A DNA stretch of 64,000 bases from an uncultured virus (IMG/VR IMGVR_UViG_3300018494_000116) (Duplodnaviria; Heunggongvirae; Uroviricota; Caudoviricetes). The translations under genes were made by a program, and so were the position numbers. Under the pieces are notes generated by a model that was given only the letters and a program-made list of their open reading frames with translations, did not search any database and was not told the DNA's origin. The DNA is taken from IMG/VR virus record IMGVR_UViG_3300018494_000116, positions 1-64,000 of that record, one strand, 5' to 3'. Shown here piece by piece: positions 9,594 to 19,500 of this stretch; the stretch's first letter is position 1; every line of letters starts with the position of its first letter.

Positions 9594-10401
9594 TTTTGAT
9601 TTGTTTCGCACAAGAATGAATAATGAAGCAGAGTGTAGAAAAAAATTTGAAACACGCTTTATTACAGAAGGTGCGTCTCCAATTATTATTCATATAGTGC
9701 GCTTAGATATAGACCGGGATGCAACGATGGTGTTTACAGATACCGAGGGTCCCGATACGGCAATTGTATTTACACCAAAGCAACAAGATTTAAAACAAAA
9801 TCTTCTTAAAACTGATTATTACACTTGGGATAATAAAATGTTCTTTGTTTATGAGGATGTTATTATTCCGCGAGAAGTGTCTTATATAAAACAAAAAGCT
9901 TACCAATGTAACGCAAAAGTTCAAGTGATGGATAGTTATACTGAATGTGGTGGATATTTCATTTCATCTTTGAGAACGTATGTAGATACTGAATTTCAAC
10001 AAAAATTGAATGTTTCAGATAAAGAAAAACCCATTTTAATTTTGCCGCGTCAAGAGTGGATTAAAAATGGTGTTAAAGTTATTATTGGCGAGAAACCGTG
10101 GAAAGTAATTGATTATGACGCAATTACTAATCCAGGAATTGTATATGCTTCTTTAGAAAGAGATTTCTTTTCTAAAAGCTCTGATGTTATTGAGTATCAC
10201 AATTGCGATGAACTGAAGGCAGGTATTAATTATACATTCGGAACTTTGCAAGGATTTTTTAATTCTTCTTCTCCCCTTAACATAAAATCGCGCAAAGAAA
10301 ATGAAGTAGTATTTGAGATACCATATGGCTTAAAAGAAATTGAAATTAGTGTGAAAAATGATGCTGGAATTATTAGTAAAACATACAAGGTGGTAGTATA
10401 A
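9586..10401 (+). CDS. head closure/neck protein
   Basis: Position; beta-rich, WKVIDYD.ITNPGI motif. Confidence 0.5.
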   Translation: MSNFDLFRTRMNNEAECRKKFETRFITEGASPIIIHIVRLDIDRDATMVFTDTEGPDTAIVFTPKQQDLKQNLLKTDYYTWDNKMFFVYEDVIIPREVSYIKQKAYQCNAKVQVMDSYTECGGYFISSLRTYVDTEFQQKLNVSDKEKPILILPRQEWIKNGVKVIIGEKPWKVIDYDAITNPGIVYASLERDFFSKSSDVIEYHNCDELKAGINYTFGTLQGFFNSSSPLNIKSRKENEVVFEIPYGLKEIEISVKNDAGIISKTYKVVV

Positions 10402-10893
10402 ATGTTAGAAAAAATTGAAGAAACTTTGGCAGGAATTAAGAACAAATTGCTTGCGGATGAGTTGATTAGGAAGTTATTGTTTAATGACTCTAACAATGCT
10501 TTGAATATGTTGGCACCCTTGCCGCAATTGGTAGAAGATTATATTACTTTAAAACCTGTGTTTGATTTTGAAAATAAGGAAGAATATGCAAAAAATAGCG
10601 TAATTAATATTTATACCACACAAATTATACCTGGTGACGAAACTAAGAAACTAGATGGAGTCATTCAGATTAATGTGGTATGTAACGAAGATAAATGGGA
10701 GCTTGTAGACTTAAAAATTAGACCAATTCAAATTTGTAATAGAATTATTAAATTGGTAAATAACCATAAGTTTGCAGCTTCAAACAAATTAGTATTTGAT
10801 ACAATGACTGATTTAATTATCAGTAAGAAATTGTTTGGATACGCGTTACTATTTGAAGTTACAGATGGTAGCGGAAAAATTGATAAATTTTAA
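10402..10893 (+). CDS. tail terminator/neck protein
   Basis: Directly before the tail tube gene; 163 aa. Confidence 0.5.
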   Translation: MLEKIEETLAGIKNKLLADELIRKLLFNDSNNALNMLAPLPQLVEDYITLKPVFDFENKEEYAKNSVINIYTTQIIPGDETKKLDGVIQINVVCNEDKWELVDLKIRPIQICNRIIKLVNNHKFAASNKLVFDTMTDLIISKKLFGYALLFEVTDGSGKIDKF

Positions 10894-10908
10894 CGAGGTA
10901 AAATTATA

Positions 10909-11634
10909 ATGGCAACTTTTGCTGATTTAATGAAGGGTTTTGGTGTCGTAACCGTTATGAATGCTTGCATTTATAAGCTTAAGGAAGGTGTCACTTATGT
11001 TGGACGTGGTTCTTGCGCACATGGTACTAGCAATGCAGGTGCATTGGCGCCCGATGATTTTGAATGTACTGGCCTTTATTTGGACACTCTTAAAATAGCA
11101 AATCTTACACAAGAAGGTCCTACTAAGACTATTACTGGTGGTCAATATGCTAACCCTCTTCTTAAGTATGGTAAAACTATGACAATGGAGATGCAGGATG
11201 CGCTTGGTAGAGAAGCTGTATTAACTGAATTTTTTGGTTGCGACTATGAAGACGGAGTTCTTTCTGTAACTGATAAATTCCCTGGCGCTTTTGCTATTGA
11301 AGGAGATACTTTCTTTATAGATCAAAAGAGCGGAGACAAAGTAGATGTAAAAATCTTTATTCCTCAGTTCCTCCCTGATGCAATTCTTACTCTTACTCAG
11401 GATGCAGAGGGCGATGCTGCAGTATTTGATCTTAACGGTACTGTAAGCGTAACTAAAATTAGAACTGATGCCTCTCCTTGGGAAGGTGCAGATGACGATA
11501 CAAATACTAAAGAAGTATTTTATCAGATTCGTAGCGAATCTTGGTTTGCAGGTGCAGATCAAGCTCAAGCTACTGGTACTCCGAATAAGGATTATCACAC
11601 TGAAACAGAGCAAACAGAACAAACAGGTGAATAA
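10909..11634 (+). CDS. major tail tube protein (paralog 1)
   Basis: LDTLK...GG..NP.L...MQDAL...AEGDAAVFD pattern, high-expression codons, followed by strong terminator. Confidence 0.75.
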   Translation: MATFADLMKGFGVVTVMNACIYKLKEGVTYVGRGSCAHGTSNAGALAPDDFECTGLYLDTLKIANLTQEGPTKTITGGQYANPLLKYGKTMTMEMQDALGREAVLTEFFGCDYEDGVLSVTDKFPGAFAIEGDTFFIDQKSGDKVDVKIFIPQFLPDAILTLTQDAEGDAAVFDLNGTVSVTKIRTDASPWEGADDDTNTKEVFYQIRSESWFAGADQAQATGTPNKDYHTETEQTEQTGE

Positions 11635-11642
11635 TTAACATT

Positions 11643-11670
11643 CCCTCCCGTTTAGGCGGGAGGGTTTTCT
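11643..11670 (+). terminator. intrinsic terminator between tail-tube paralogs
   Basis: CCCTCCCG/CGGGAGGG stem plus TTTTCT. Confidence 0.85.
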
Positions 11671-11687
11671 AAAAGAGAGGAAAATAA

Positions 11688-12617
11688 ATGATTTCTTTTC
11701 AAGATTTAATGAAAGGCTTTGGTGTTGTAACTGTTATGAATGCTTGCATTTATAAATTGGCGCCAGGAGCTTCTTATAATGTAAAAAGTGGATGCGTACA
11801 TAAAACCAGTGGCAGTGCTTTAACCCCTTTTGATTTTGAATGTACGCATTTATATATAGATACTCTTAAAATAGCAAATCTTACACAAGAAGGTCCTACT
11901 AAGATTATTACTGGTGGACGATACGCAAATCCATTGTTAAAATATGGAAAAACAATGACTCTGGAAATGCAAAATGCATTGGGAAGTGCAGAAGTTTTAA
12001 AAACTTTCTTCGGATGTGATTACGATGAAGAAAGGGGAATATTATCTGTTACCGATAAGTTCCCTAGTCCTTTTGCTATTGAAGGTGAGACATTTTTTAT
12101 TGATCAAAAAACTGGCCAAAAGAAAAAAGTATGGATTTTTATTCCATGTTTTATTCCAAATGGCGTTTTAAATTTAACACAAGATGCAGAAGGCGATGCC
12201 GCTGTATTTGATTGTAGTGGTAACGTTGGAATTGTAAAGATTAAGGATGACGCACATCTTAATGGGCATGATATATTTTATCATATCGCGGAAAAACCTT
12301 GGCTGAGATTTGGTTATATGATTAATAAAAATTTAAATTATCAATTAAATAGTGATAATTTAACTTATAGCATTGTTGGATTAACTGATAGTGTGTACAC
12401 CGGTGATGTTGTTATTCCTGCTTGGCATTTGGGTAAAAAAGTTATGTATATTACAGATGGAGCTTTTGCGGATAATAATATAAAAATTGAAAATATTTAT
12501 ATTCCTTCAACAATTGTTAAAATTGGTGAAAACTCCTTCTTTGGACAAGATAAATTACAAAGGATAGTTTTTGGTGGAGATAGTATCTTAGCATTAAACT
12601 ATAGCACTCTTAAATAG
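11688..12617 (+). CDS. tail tube paralog 2 with C-terminal BspA-like leucine-rich-repeat domain
   Basis: First ~200 aa clearly homologous to 10909-11634; C-terminus VVIPAWHLGKKVMYITDGAF...IYIPSTIVKIGENSF is a BspA-type LRR. Confidence 0.8.
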   Translation: MISFQDLMKGFGVVTVMNACIYKLAPGASYNVKSGCVHKTSGSALTPFDFECTHLYIDTLKIANLTQEGPTKIITGGRYANPLLKYGKTMTLEMQNALGSAEVLKTFFGCDYDEERGILSVTDKFPSPFAIEGETFFIDQKTGQKKKVWIFIPCFIPNGVLNLTQDAEGDAAVFDCSGNVGIVKIKDDAHLNGHDIFYHIAEKPWLRFGYMINKNLNYQLNSDNLTYSIVGLTDSVYTGDVVIPAWHLGKKVMYITDGAFADNNIKIENIYIPSTIVKIGENSFFGQDKLQRIVFGGDSILALNYSTLK

Positions 12618-12771
12618 TTTATTTTGAAAATAAGATTTAGAAAACAGCAAATTATTTTAGAACTACGACAGCGTAATATAATAATTTAAAACAGATTAGT
12701 TGTAATCTACTGTAATGACGGAAATTTGGAATTTATATACAAAAGATTGAAAATGGAAGCACAATAAGATG

Positions 12772-12798
12772 CCCGGAAGTAATTCCGGGTTTTCTTTT
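12772..12798 (+). terminator. intrinsic terminator
   Basis: CCCGGAA/TTCCGGG stem plus TTTTCTTTT. Confidence 0.8.
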
Positions 12799-12804
12799 CC
12801 GAAT

Positions 12805-12833
12805 TTGACAATTATACTACTTTGTGTTATAAT
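12805..12833 (+). promoter_or_regulatory. sigma-A-type promoter of the tail operon
   Basis: TTGACA (12805-12810), 17 nt, TATAAT (12828-12833), extended TG. Confidence 0.85.
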
Positions 12834-12856
12834 ATAATAAATGGAGGGGAATAATT

Positions 12857-13558
12857 ATGAACAATTTATATGAATATGGAGATTTATGCGATGTAATTAT
12901 TCGCTGCAATTCTGACCGCATTATTGGTGGTAAAAAATATAGTGCTGGTGAACCTTACACTATTTTAGAAAATGTTATTGTAAATTTATCATATCGCATT
13001 ACGAATTCAGACAGTTCTGCAAAAAATCAAGTGATTGCGGCGAGAGATGGTTTGCCAGATTATATTTCAATTAGTAAAGTAGCATTAAATGATAAGGTAA
13101 TGAGCTTAGTAGCTGACAAACAAGGTAAAAAGATGTTGTCTAATTTTTGCTATTGTGAAGCAGATGGTGGTCAAATTTTTTTACCTCATTCAGAACAGAT
13201 TTTTAATGCGTGGGTTTATAATGAAAATCATGACTTAGTGATTGATTTTACAATTCAAGAGGGTAAACTAATTGGAGATTTTGAAGAGGGGCAGTCTTAT
13301 TTAGTATTTTATGATTTTATATCTACTAATGATTGTTTTGCTTTTGATACTCCTCATTATGGATACTTTACTTTAGAAATTTTTGCAAAAGGAAATAATA
13401 ATAAGATCAGTGATCGTTTATTTATTAAAATTCCTGCAGCTTCTTTAATGTCTATCCCAGTATTTGATTTTGTGTCTGGCACTATTTTGCACGCACCTTT
13501 GCAATGGCAAATTATACACAGAGGACAAGAACAAAGCTATTTTCATATAGGTGAATAA
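12857..13558 (+). CDS. hypothetical tail protein (possibly tail-tube-like fold)
   Basis: 233 aa, GGAGGG RBS, beta-rich, in the tail region. Confidence 0.55.
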   Translation: MNNLYEYGDLCDVIIRCNSDRIIGGKKYSAGEPYTILENVIVNLSYRITNSDSSAKNQVIAARDGLPDYISISKVALNDKVMSLVADKQGKKMLSNFCYCEADGGQIFLPHSEQIFNAWVYNENHDLVIDFTIQEGKLIGDFEEGQSYLVFYDFISTNDCFAFDTPHYGYFTLEIFAKGNNNKISDRLFIKIPAASLMSIPVFDFVSGTILHAPLQWQIIHRGQEQSYFHIGE

Positions 13559-13559
13559 T

Positions 13560-15365
13560 ATGGCACTAAATAAGGGAAAAAGTAATAAAAAAAATACCAC
13601 AGAAGATAAAGAGCAAAAAAGATTAAAACAAGAAGCTAAAACCAAAGCAAAAGCAGAACAAGAAGAAAATAAAAAAATGCTTGAGGCTTTGTCTAAGGCA
13701 AACAACAAAAGAAATAAATATACTGTTTCTAAATATGCCATACAAGAATTGAAAAATCCAAATTTGGTTTATATTTTAGGTGGTAATAATAATGGTCACT
13801 ATACTTATATACACTCCCACCAAAAAACTTGGTCTACTGGTTTACATACTGCTGAAGTTTCTATGCGCCGAATGCTAGAGGAGCTAGTAGCTGAGCAAAA
13901 GGGTGTTATAGGAACTAGAATTATTCAAATTAATAATTTGTGGAAAACCCAAGTGTTTGATAAAATTAACGAAGAAGAACACAAAATGGGAAATAATGTT
14001 AATATACAAACTTGGGAAGACTTTATACATTATTATAATGATTTGGAACAGATTGGTCAATCTGCAAATTTAAAATCAATACTTAATTATAAAATGGCGC
14101 AAAGCGCCGCCTCTGCTCTTGATTATCATTTTGGCCGCGAATCATATGAAGACTATGTTGGAAGACTACTGCATGCTCATATTATAGATAAGAAAACAGC
14201 ACAATCTATGCTGTGTAAAGATATTAAAACCACTCCACAAATTAAAGAATTACAAAAAGTTTTTAAAGCAATAGCAGAACAAATGCGTGCTGAGTTTATT
14301 GGAGACGATCGTGTAAGAGATTGGCTAGAAAGTTTTAAAAATGATGCATCTACTAAGAGCATTTACGGAGCGAGTATAGAGGTACAGAAAACATTAAAAC
14401 CCAATAGTAAAGAACTAGGCAAGATTACTGAATTTGAATTATCTACTAAATCTGAAAACGCTATAATCAATGCCTATCAAGACGATATTATTAATTCTTT
14501 TGAAACTAATGTTTTTAATATTATTTCTCAAAATATTGGTTTGAATAAAGGAGCGTATCATACTCTAGCAAGCGGTGAGTCTTATGGTCAAAAAGGCGGT
14601 TTAGACAATAAGATAAATAAAGCTGATTTAATTCTTTCTATTTCAGTGGGAGATATTATTATTAATATCCCTTCAAGTGTTAAATTATCTATGGCGGTTA
14701 AAAATATATCTCAAAATAATAATATAGTAACTGTTACGACAGAAGATTTATTTTCAGCTAATGCCTCTTCTGCAAATTTAAATTTTAATGAAATCAACAA
14801 GCATGTTGGTTCAGAAAGTTATAAAGAAAATCAAAATAAAATTAACAGTTTGATTAGATATGTTTATAACAATGCTGGGGCGATTCCTTCTAGTAATATG
14901 AGAAGTTTTATTCGTTTTAATAATTCTATTATTTATTATTTAGCCTGGTTGGAAATATGTACTAAAATTGTTGGCAATCCAAAAGATGGACATAATCAAC
15001 AGTTAGCCATGGCTTTAGAAAGTATTGGTTCAATTCATAATACTGCAGATATATTAGAAAAATTAAAAGAAATCACTCCTGCTAAGATTAAGGATTTTTT
15101 AATAGTGATGTCCAATCCTGCACGACAGATTTCTTATAGTAGCTATTCTCAGGTTCAATTTTTGCAAACACAAATAGATTTGCTTATTAGCAAGTTATGG
15201 GAAGATTTTTTAAATAATCATGGGAAAAAACCTGATTATAAATTAATATACGGAAGAGCATTTAATATTTTATCTAATAATGGCAGTATTACTAATAAAA
15301 AAATGCCTTCTTTATCTATAATGTATCGTATTAAAATGAATAATATAAGAACTTTATCTATATAA
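13560..15365 (+). CDS. large hypothetical protein in tail region
   Basis: 601-aa ORF, AGGTGA RBS, Lys-rich N-terminus. Confidence 0.7.
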   Translation: MALNKGKSNKKNTTEDKEQKRLKQEAKTKAKAEQEENKKMLEALSKANNKRNKYTVSKYAIQELKNPNLVYILGGNNNGHYTYIHSHQKTWSTGLHTAEVSMRRMLEELVAEQKGVIGTRIIQINNLWKTQVFDKINEEEHKMGNNVNIQTWEDFIHYYNDLEQIGQSANLKSILNYKMAQSAASALDYHFGRESYEDYVGRLLHAHIIDKKTAQSMLCKDIKTTPQIKELQKVFKAIAEQMRAEFIGDDRVRDWLESFKNDASTKSIYGASIEVQKTLKPNSKELGKITEFELSTKSENAIINAYQDDIINSFETNVFNIISQNIGLNKGAYHTLASGESYGQKGGLDNKINKADLILSISVGDIIINIPSSVKLSMAVKNISQNNNIVTVTTEDLFSANASSANLNFNEINKHVGSESYKENQNKINSLIRYVYNNAGAIPSSNMRSFIRFNNSIIYYLAWLEICTKIVGNPKDGHNQQLAMALESIGSIHNTADILEKLKEITPAKIKDFLIVMSNPARQISYSSYSQVQFLQTQIDLLISKLWEDFLNNHGKKPDYKLIYGRAFNILSNNGSITNKKMPSLSIMYRIKMNNIRTLSI

Positions 15366-15377
15366 TAAGGAGCTATC

Positions 15378-16097
15378 ATGAAATTTCAAGATAATTTTTC
15401 TGAAATCTTGTTAATTGCGGAAGAGCCTGTTACTTTTTATATCTCGGATGCCAATTTAAAAGATAATTTTGATTTTCATATGCGCTTAATTAATTTAAAA
15501 GACAGTTTTATTAATCCTTATATACAAAATGCATTAGCTTTATGTCACATGAGCTCTGCGGATTGGAGGAATAAAACTCATAATCAGTATTCGAGCTTGT
15601 GGGAAATGTTAAAATTATATAAATTTAATAAGGAGAATATTTTGGTACGCAATATTAAATATTTTTTATGTTTTTTATTGCAAGAACAATTTGAAGATAA
15701 TAATGGCATATGGAGTATTAAACGTATAGAAATTGATCAAATTTTATTTGAACGTATATGCGAAATAGCATTAGTATCCGCGGGTTTAAAAAAGTTTAAT
15801 GATCAAAGTCAATTTCAAGCATATAAACCGCAATGGTTAATTGATAAAGAAGCAGAAATACAGCGTATAAAAAATGGCAATAAAAAGCAAACTAGTAATA
15901 ATAGTCAATATGAAGAACTGTTAAAAATTATTATGCCATTAAATTATGAGCTTGGTTATACATTTGATGAATTATTTAATATGAATTATTTTCATATTCA
16001 AGCATTAACTAAATTTGTGCCAAAAATTATTGGCTATGATATACAAAAACGACAAATCATGTCGAAGAAAAAGATTAAGTACATTACAGATAAATAA
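15378..16097 (+). CDS. putative tail assembly chaperone
   Basis: Upstream of TMP; helical C-terminal LGYTFDELFNMNYFHI segment resembles chaperone GT-like regions. Confidence 0.45.
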   Translation: MKFQDNFSEILLIAEEPVTFYISDANLKDNFDFHMRLINLKDSFINPYIQNALALCHMSSADWRNKTHNQYSSLWEMLKLYKFNKENILVRNIKYFLCFLLQEQFEDNNGIWSIKRIEIDQILFERICEIALVSAGLKKFNDQSQFQAYKPQWLIDKEAEIQRIKNGNKKQTSNNSQYEELLKIIMPLNYELGYTFDELFNMNYFHIQALTKFVPKIIGYDIQKRQIMSKKKIKYITDK

Positions 16098-16107
16098 GGA
16101 GAAGCTT

Positions 16108-16518
16108 ATGACAAATTTAGAAATTAAAGAAATGTTGGCAAAAGCCAACAATATGGATTGTTTGGAAAGAACTGTCTTTCTTAAACAACAGAAAAAGAAT
16201 TATAAAAAATCACAATTTTACAAAACTACACATATGTCTTTACAGAAGTTGTATTTAGCCTACTGTTTAGAAGGATTGACTGCTATTTCTCGTATGGGCA
16301 ATTCTACCTTATTTAGTGAATTTTCTAAGGGTAACTATGGAATTCTAGGTAGTGTAATAACAGATATAATCTTAAGCATAGACGAAGAGTCGATTAAAGA
16401 TTTAATTGAAAATTTTTCAACATATATAGCAGAACAAATGCAAGAAGTAGAACTTCCTGATTTACAAAATGAATTTAAATCTATTCTTACAAGCTTTCAG
16501 GAGAGTTTGAAAAAGTGA
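16108..16518 (+). CDS. hypothetical protein (possible tail assembly chaperone)
   Basis: AAGGAG RBS before ATG 16108; immediately before TMP. Confidence 0.55.
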   Translation: MTNLEIKEMLAKANNMDCLERTVFLKQQKKNYKKSQFYKTTHMSLQKLYLAYCLEGLTAISRMGNSTLFSEFSKGNYGILGSVITDIILSIDEESIKDLIENFSTYIAEQMQEVELPDLQNEFKSILTSFQESLKK

Positions 16519-16526
16519 GGTGACAA

Positions 16527-19500
16527 ATGTCAGCGAACACTACTAAAAAAGAAATAAAAGTTAAAATTTCCGCCGAAATGCAAGACTTGCAAAAAGTTGC
16601 TGGCATTTTTAAACAAATACAAAATGGCGGAGAAGTTAAGTTAGAAGGAGCAGAGGCAAATAAACTAGCCGCAGTCTTAAAAACCATCGACGGCCTGTTG
16701 GGAGATATGCAATCTAAAATGTCTGCAACGGGAGAAGTTAGTGAAAAAGAGTATGCGGTATTAGGCAAAACCTTAACAGGCGTAGTTTCTCAAATTAAGG
16801 AACTTGGTAGAATTTTTACCTCTAAAACCATATCTGGCGCATTACAATCTGAACTAGATGCCATTGATAAAAAATACGATGATTTACAAAAGAAAGTAAG
16901 CATAAGTATTCAAAAACAACGAGATTTGGTTCGTGGTTGGAACAAACAAGCTGATGGTGGTTACACACCTACGGCAAAAACAAGTAAAAATCTAATGACC
17001 AAAGCAGTAGAGCAGCATGGAGGCTCTGTTCTTAATCCATTAACTGGTAAGAATGTATCTTCTGCGGCTACCATAACTGCTGCCATGTCTCAGGCTCCTG
17101 CAAAGATTGCAGGAACAGAATGGGAAGCTATTGCGAAAGTTTATAAAACTTATACAGATTTAGTAGAAACAGAAAGTGCGGAAGTAGTTCAAAAATTACA
17201 AAAAGAACAAAAAGCATATAGTGAACTACAAAAACAAGTAGCAGTTTTAAAAGAAACAAGAAAAGAGACGCTCTCAAGTAGCAATGAAAGAGCGCCATCT
17301 TATCTATTACCCATGACTGAGGCAATTGACGATCTTAAAAAGCACACTAGTGCCACAAAAGCCAATGTTGCAGAAGCTAAAAAGGCAAAAATAGAAACAG
17401 AAGAAAATAAACAGGCACTAGATGAGTTTAATGAAGCCTTGGGAAGAAATGGTAATGTAATTACCAAAGCAGCATTAAATTTTATATCTTATCGTGTAAT
17501 TTTAAACGGTTTTAAACGAGTAGTTAATCAAGTTAAAGCAACCATTACGGAAATGGATAAAGCATTGACTGATATGACTGTCGTTACATCGTTGTCGCGT
17601 GAACAGGCGTGGCAACTTGTTGGTACACTACAAGATCTTGCAAAGCAAACTGGTATGACCACAACTCAGATTGCAGATATGACAACAAAGTATTTGCAAC
17701 AGGGTAAAACTTTACAGGATGCTCTTGTATTAACTGAGGCGGCAGCAAAGGCTGCTAGAATCGCAGGTATTGATGGTACTCGTTCTATAGAGTTGTTGAC
17801 CAATGCCATGAACGGTTTCCAAATGTCTGCGGAACAGGCTATGGAAGTTTCTGATAAGTTTGCGGCGCTTGCGGCTGCATCTGCTACTGACTATGAAGGA
17901 CTAGCTGTGGCTTTAAGTAAGGTCGCGGCTCAGGCCAATCTTGCCGGCATGTCTATGGACTTTACTCTTGGATTGCTTGCAAAAGGCATAGAAGTAACAC
18001 AGGAAGCACCGGAAACCATCGGTACAGCGTTGAAGACAGTTATTTCTCGTATGAGAGAATTAACTGACTATGGTGCAACTTTAGAAGATGGCGTAGATGT
18101 AAACCGAGTACAAAAAGCTTTAGACAATATAGGTGTTTCTTTGATGGATCAAAATGGTCAATTCAGAGATTTGGAGCTTGTTTTGACCGAAGTTGGACAC
18201 AAATGGGATGATTTAAATAGAAACCAACAAGCAAATGTTACTGTGGCATTGGCTGGTACACGTCAACAGTCGCGTTTAATTGCAATGATGCAAGATTTTG
18301 GCCGTACGGAAGAATTGTTAAACATTTCAATGACTTCTGCAGGCGCAACTATGGCCCAACATAGAAAGTATATGGAAGGTTTGGAAGCTGCTAGCACCAG
18401 ATTGACTACTAGTTTCCAGCAATTGATTACTACTGTTACTAATAGCGATGTATTTATAGACACTTTAGATAAAATATCTTCTGGTTTAGAATATGTAAGT
18501 AACCACACTGAAATCTTGGGTGCAGTTGTTGTGGGCATAGGAGCGGTTTTGACACCCATCTTTGCAATGCAAATTACTTCAAAGTTAGCAGAATGGGGCA
18601 CAAATATTTCTAAAGTTGTTGAACTAATTAAAAGCAAGATAGTTGTTGGCAAAAAAGAAATTAAAACCGAGAAAGAAAAGCAAAAAGCGTCTACAGAAAC
18701 ACAAGTTGTAATAACTGAAAATATTGCCAAAGAGCAAGTCGCAGAAAATCAGTTGCAACAAGGAATTGCAGAAACTGGCGATATTATGGTCGACGTTGGT
18801 AATGTACATGATAAAGAAACAGATGATTATTTAAGAAATACTGAGCGTAAAATAGCAGCAGAGAGAAAGTTGCAAGCAGCACAGAAACAAAGTGCTGGTT
18901 TAAATGTAGGTTCTAATACTTCAGTAATTACTGCTTCTAGCACTGCCTCTCTTATTAATAAAGAGAGCAGCGAAGAGATTGTAGAGCAGGCCTCTAAATC
19001 TATTATTAAAAAACAGGCCAATCGTTCATTTAAAATAAAAGCAAAAGTAAAACCTCAAGCGTCGTTGTCGGCTCCTGCACAAGTTGTTGACGATGTATTA
19101 GTAGATATTGCTAAAGGTGGTAAAAAAGTTACTAAAACTACTAAAAATATTTTTGGTAAACTATGGGATGATATTGCAGAATGGATTACTAAAATTTTTG
19201 GTAAATTCTTTCCTAAGCTTTTTGGTAAAACACTTAAAGAGGGAGCTGAAGCAGGATTCAAAGGCATTTTTAAAGGTATTTTGAAAGCCGCACAAAGTTC
19301 TTTAACATGGATTGGTTTAATTATAGAAGCTGTGTTTTATCTTCTTGAACGAGCATTTTCTCATTTCAAAGATATGGGCGGTTCATTAAAAGATTATTTG
19401 TCTTTAATTCCAAAGCTTTTGGTTTTTCTTGGAAAAATATTTGATGCTTTTTCCGATATAATTCGCATTGTGCTTGCAGTGAATCCAGCACTTGGTCTAA

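Noticed and set aside
12615..12690. Stop-codon reassignment (TAG->Gln or TGA->Trp)
   Set aside because: Long genes are intact under the standard code, and reading through this TAG meets a TAA 24 codons later.
12500..12770. Diversity-generating retroelement acting on the LRR or fibre genes
   Set aside because: No reverse transcriptase and no TR/VR repeat pair recognised in the window; the apparent changes are toward A (G->A), opposite to DGR A->N mutagenesis.
15378..16518. Programmed tail-chaperone frameshift
   Set aside because: The second ORF has its own AAGGAG RBS and ATG at 16108, and I found no convincing slippery site.
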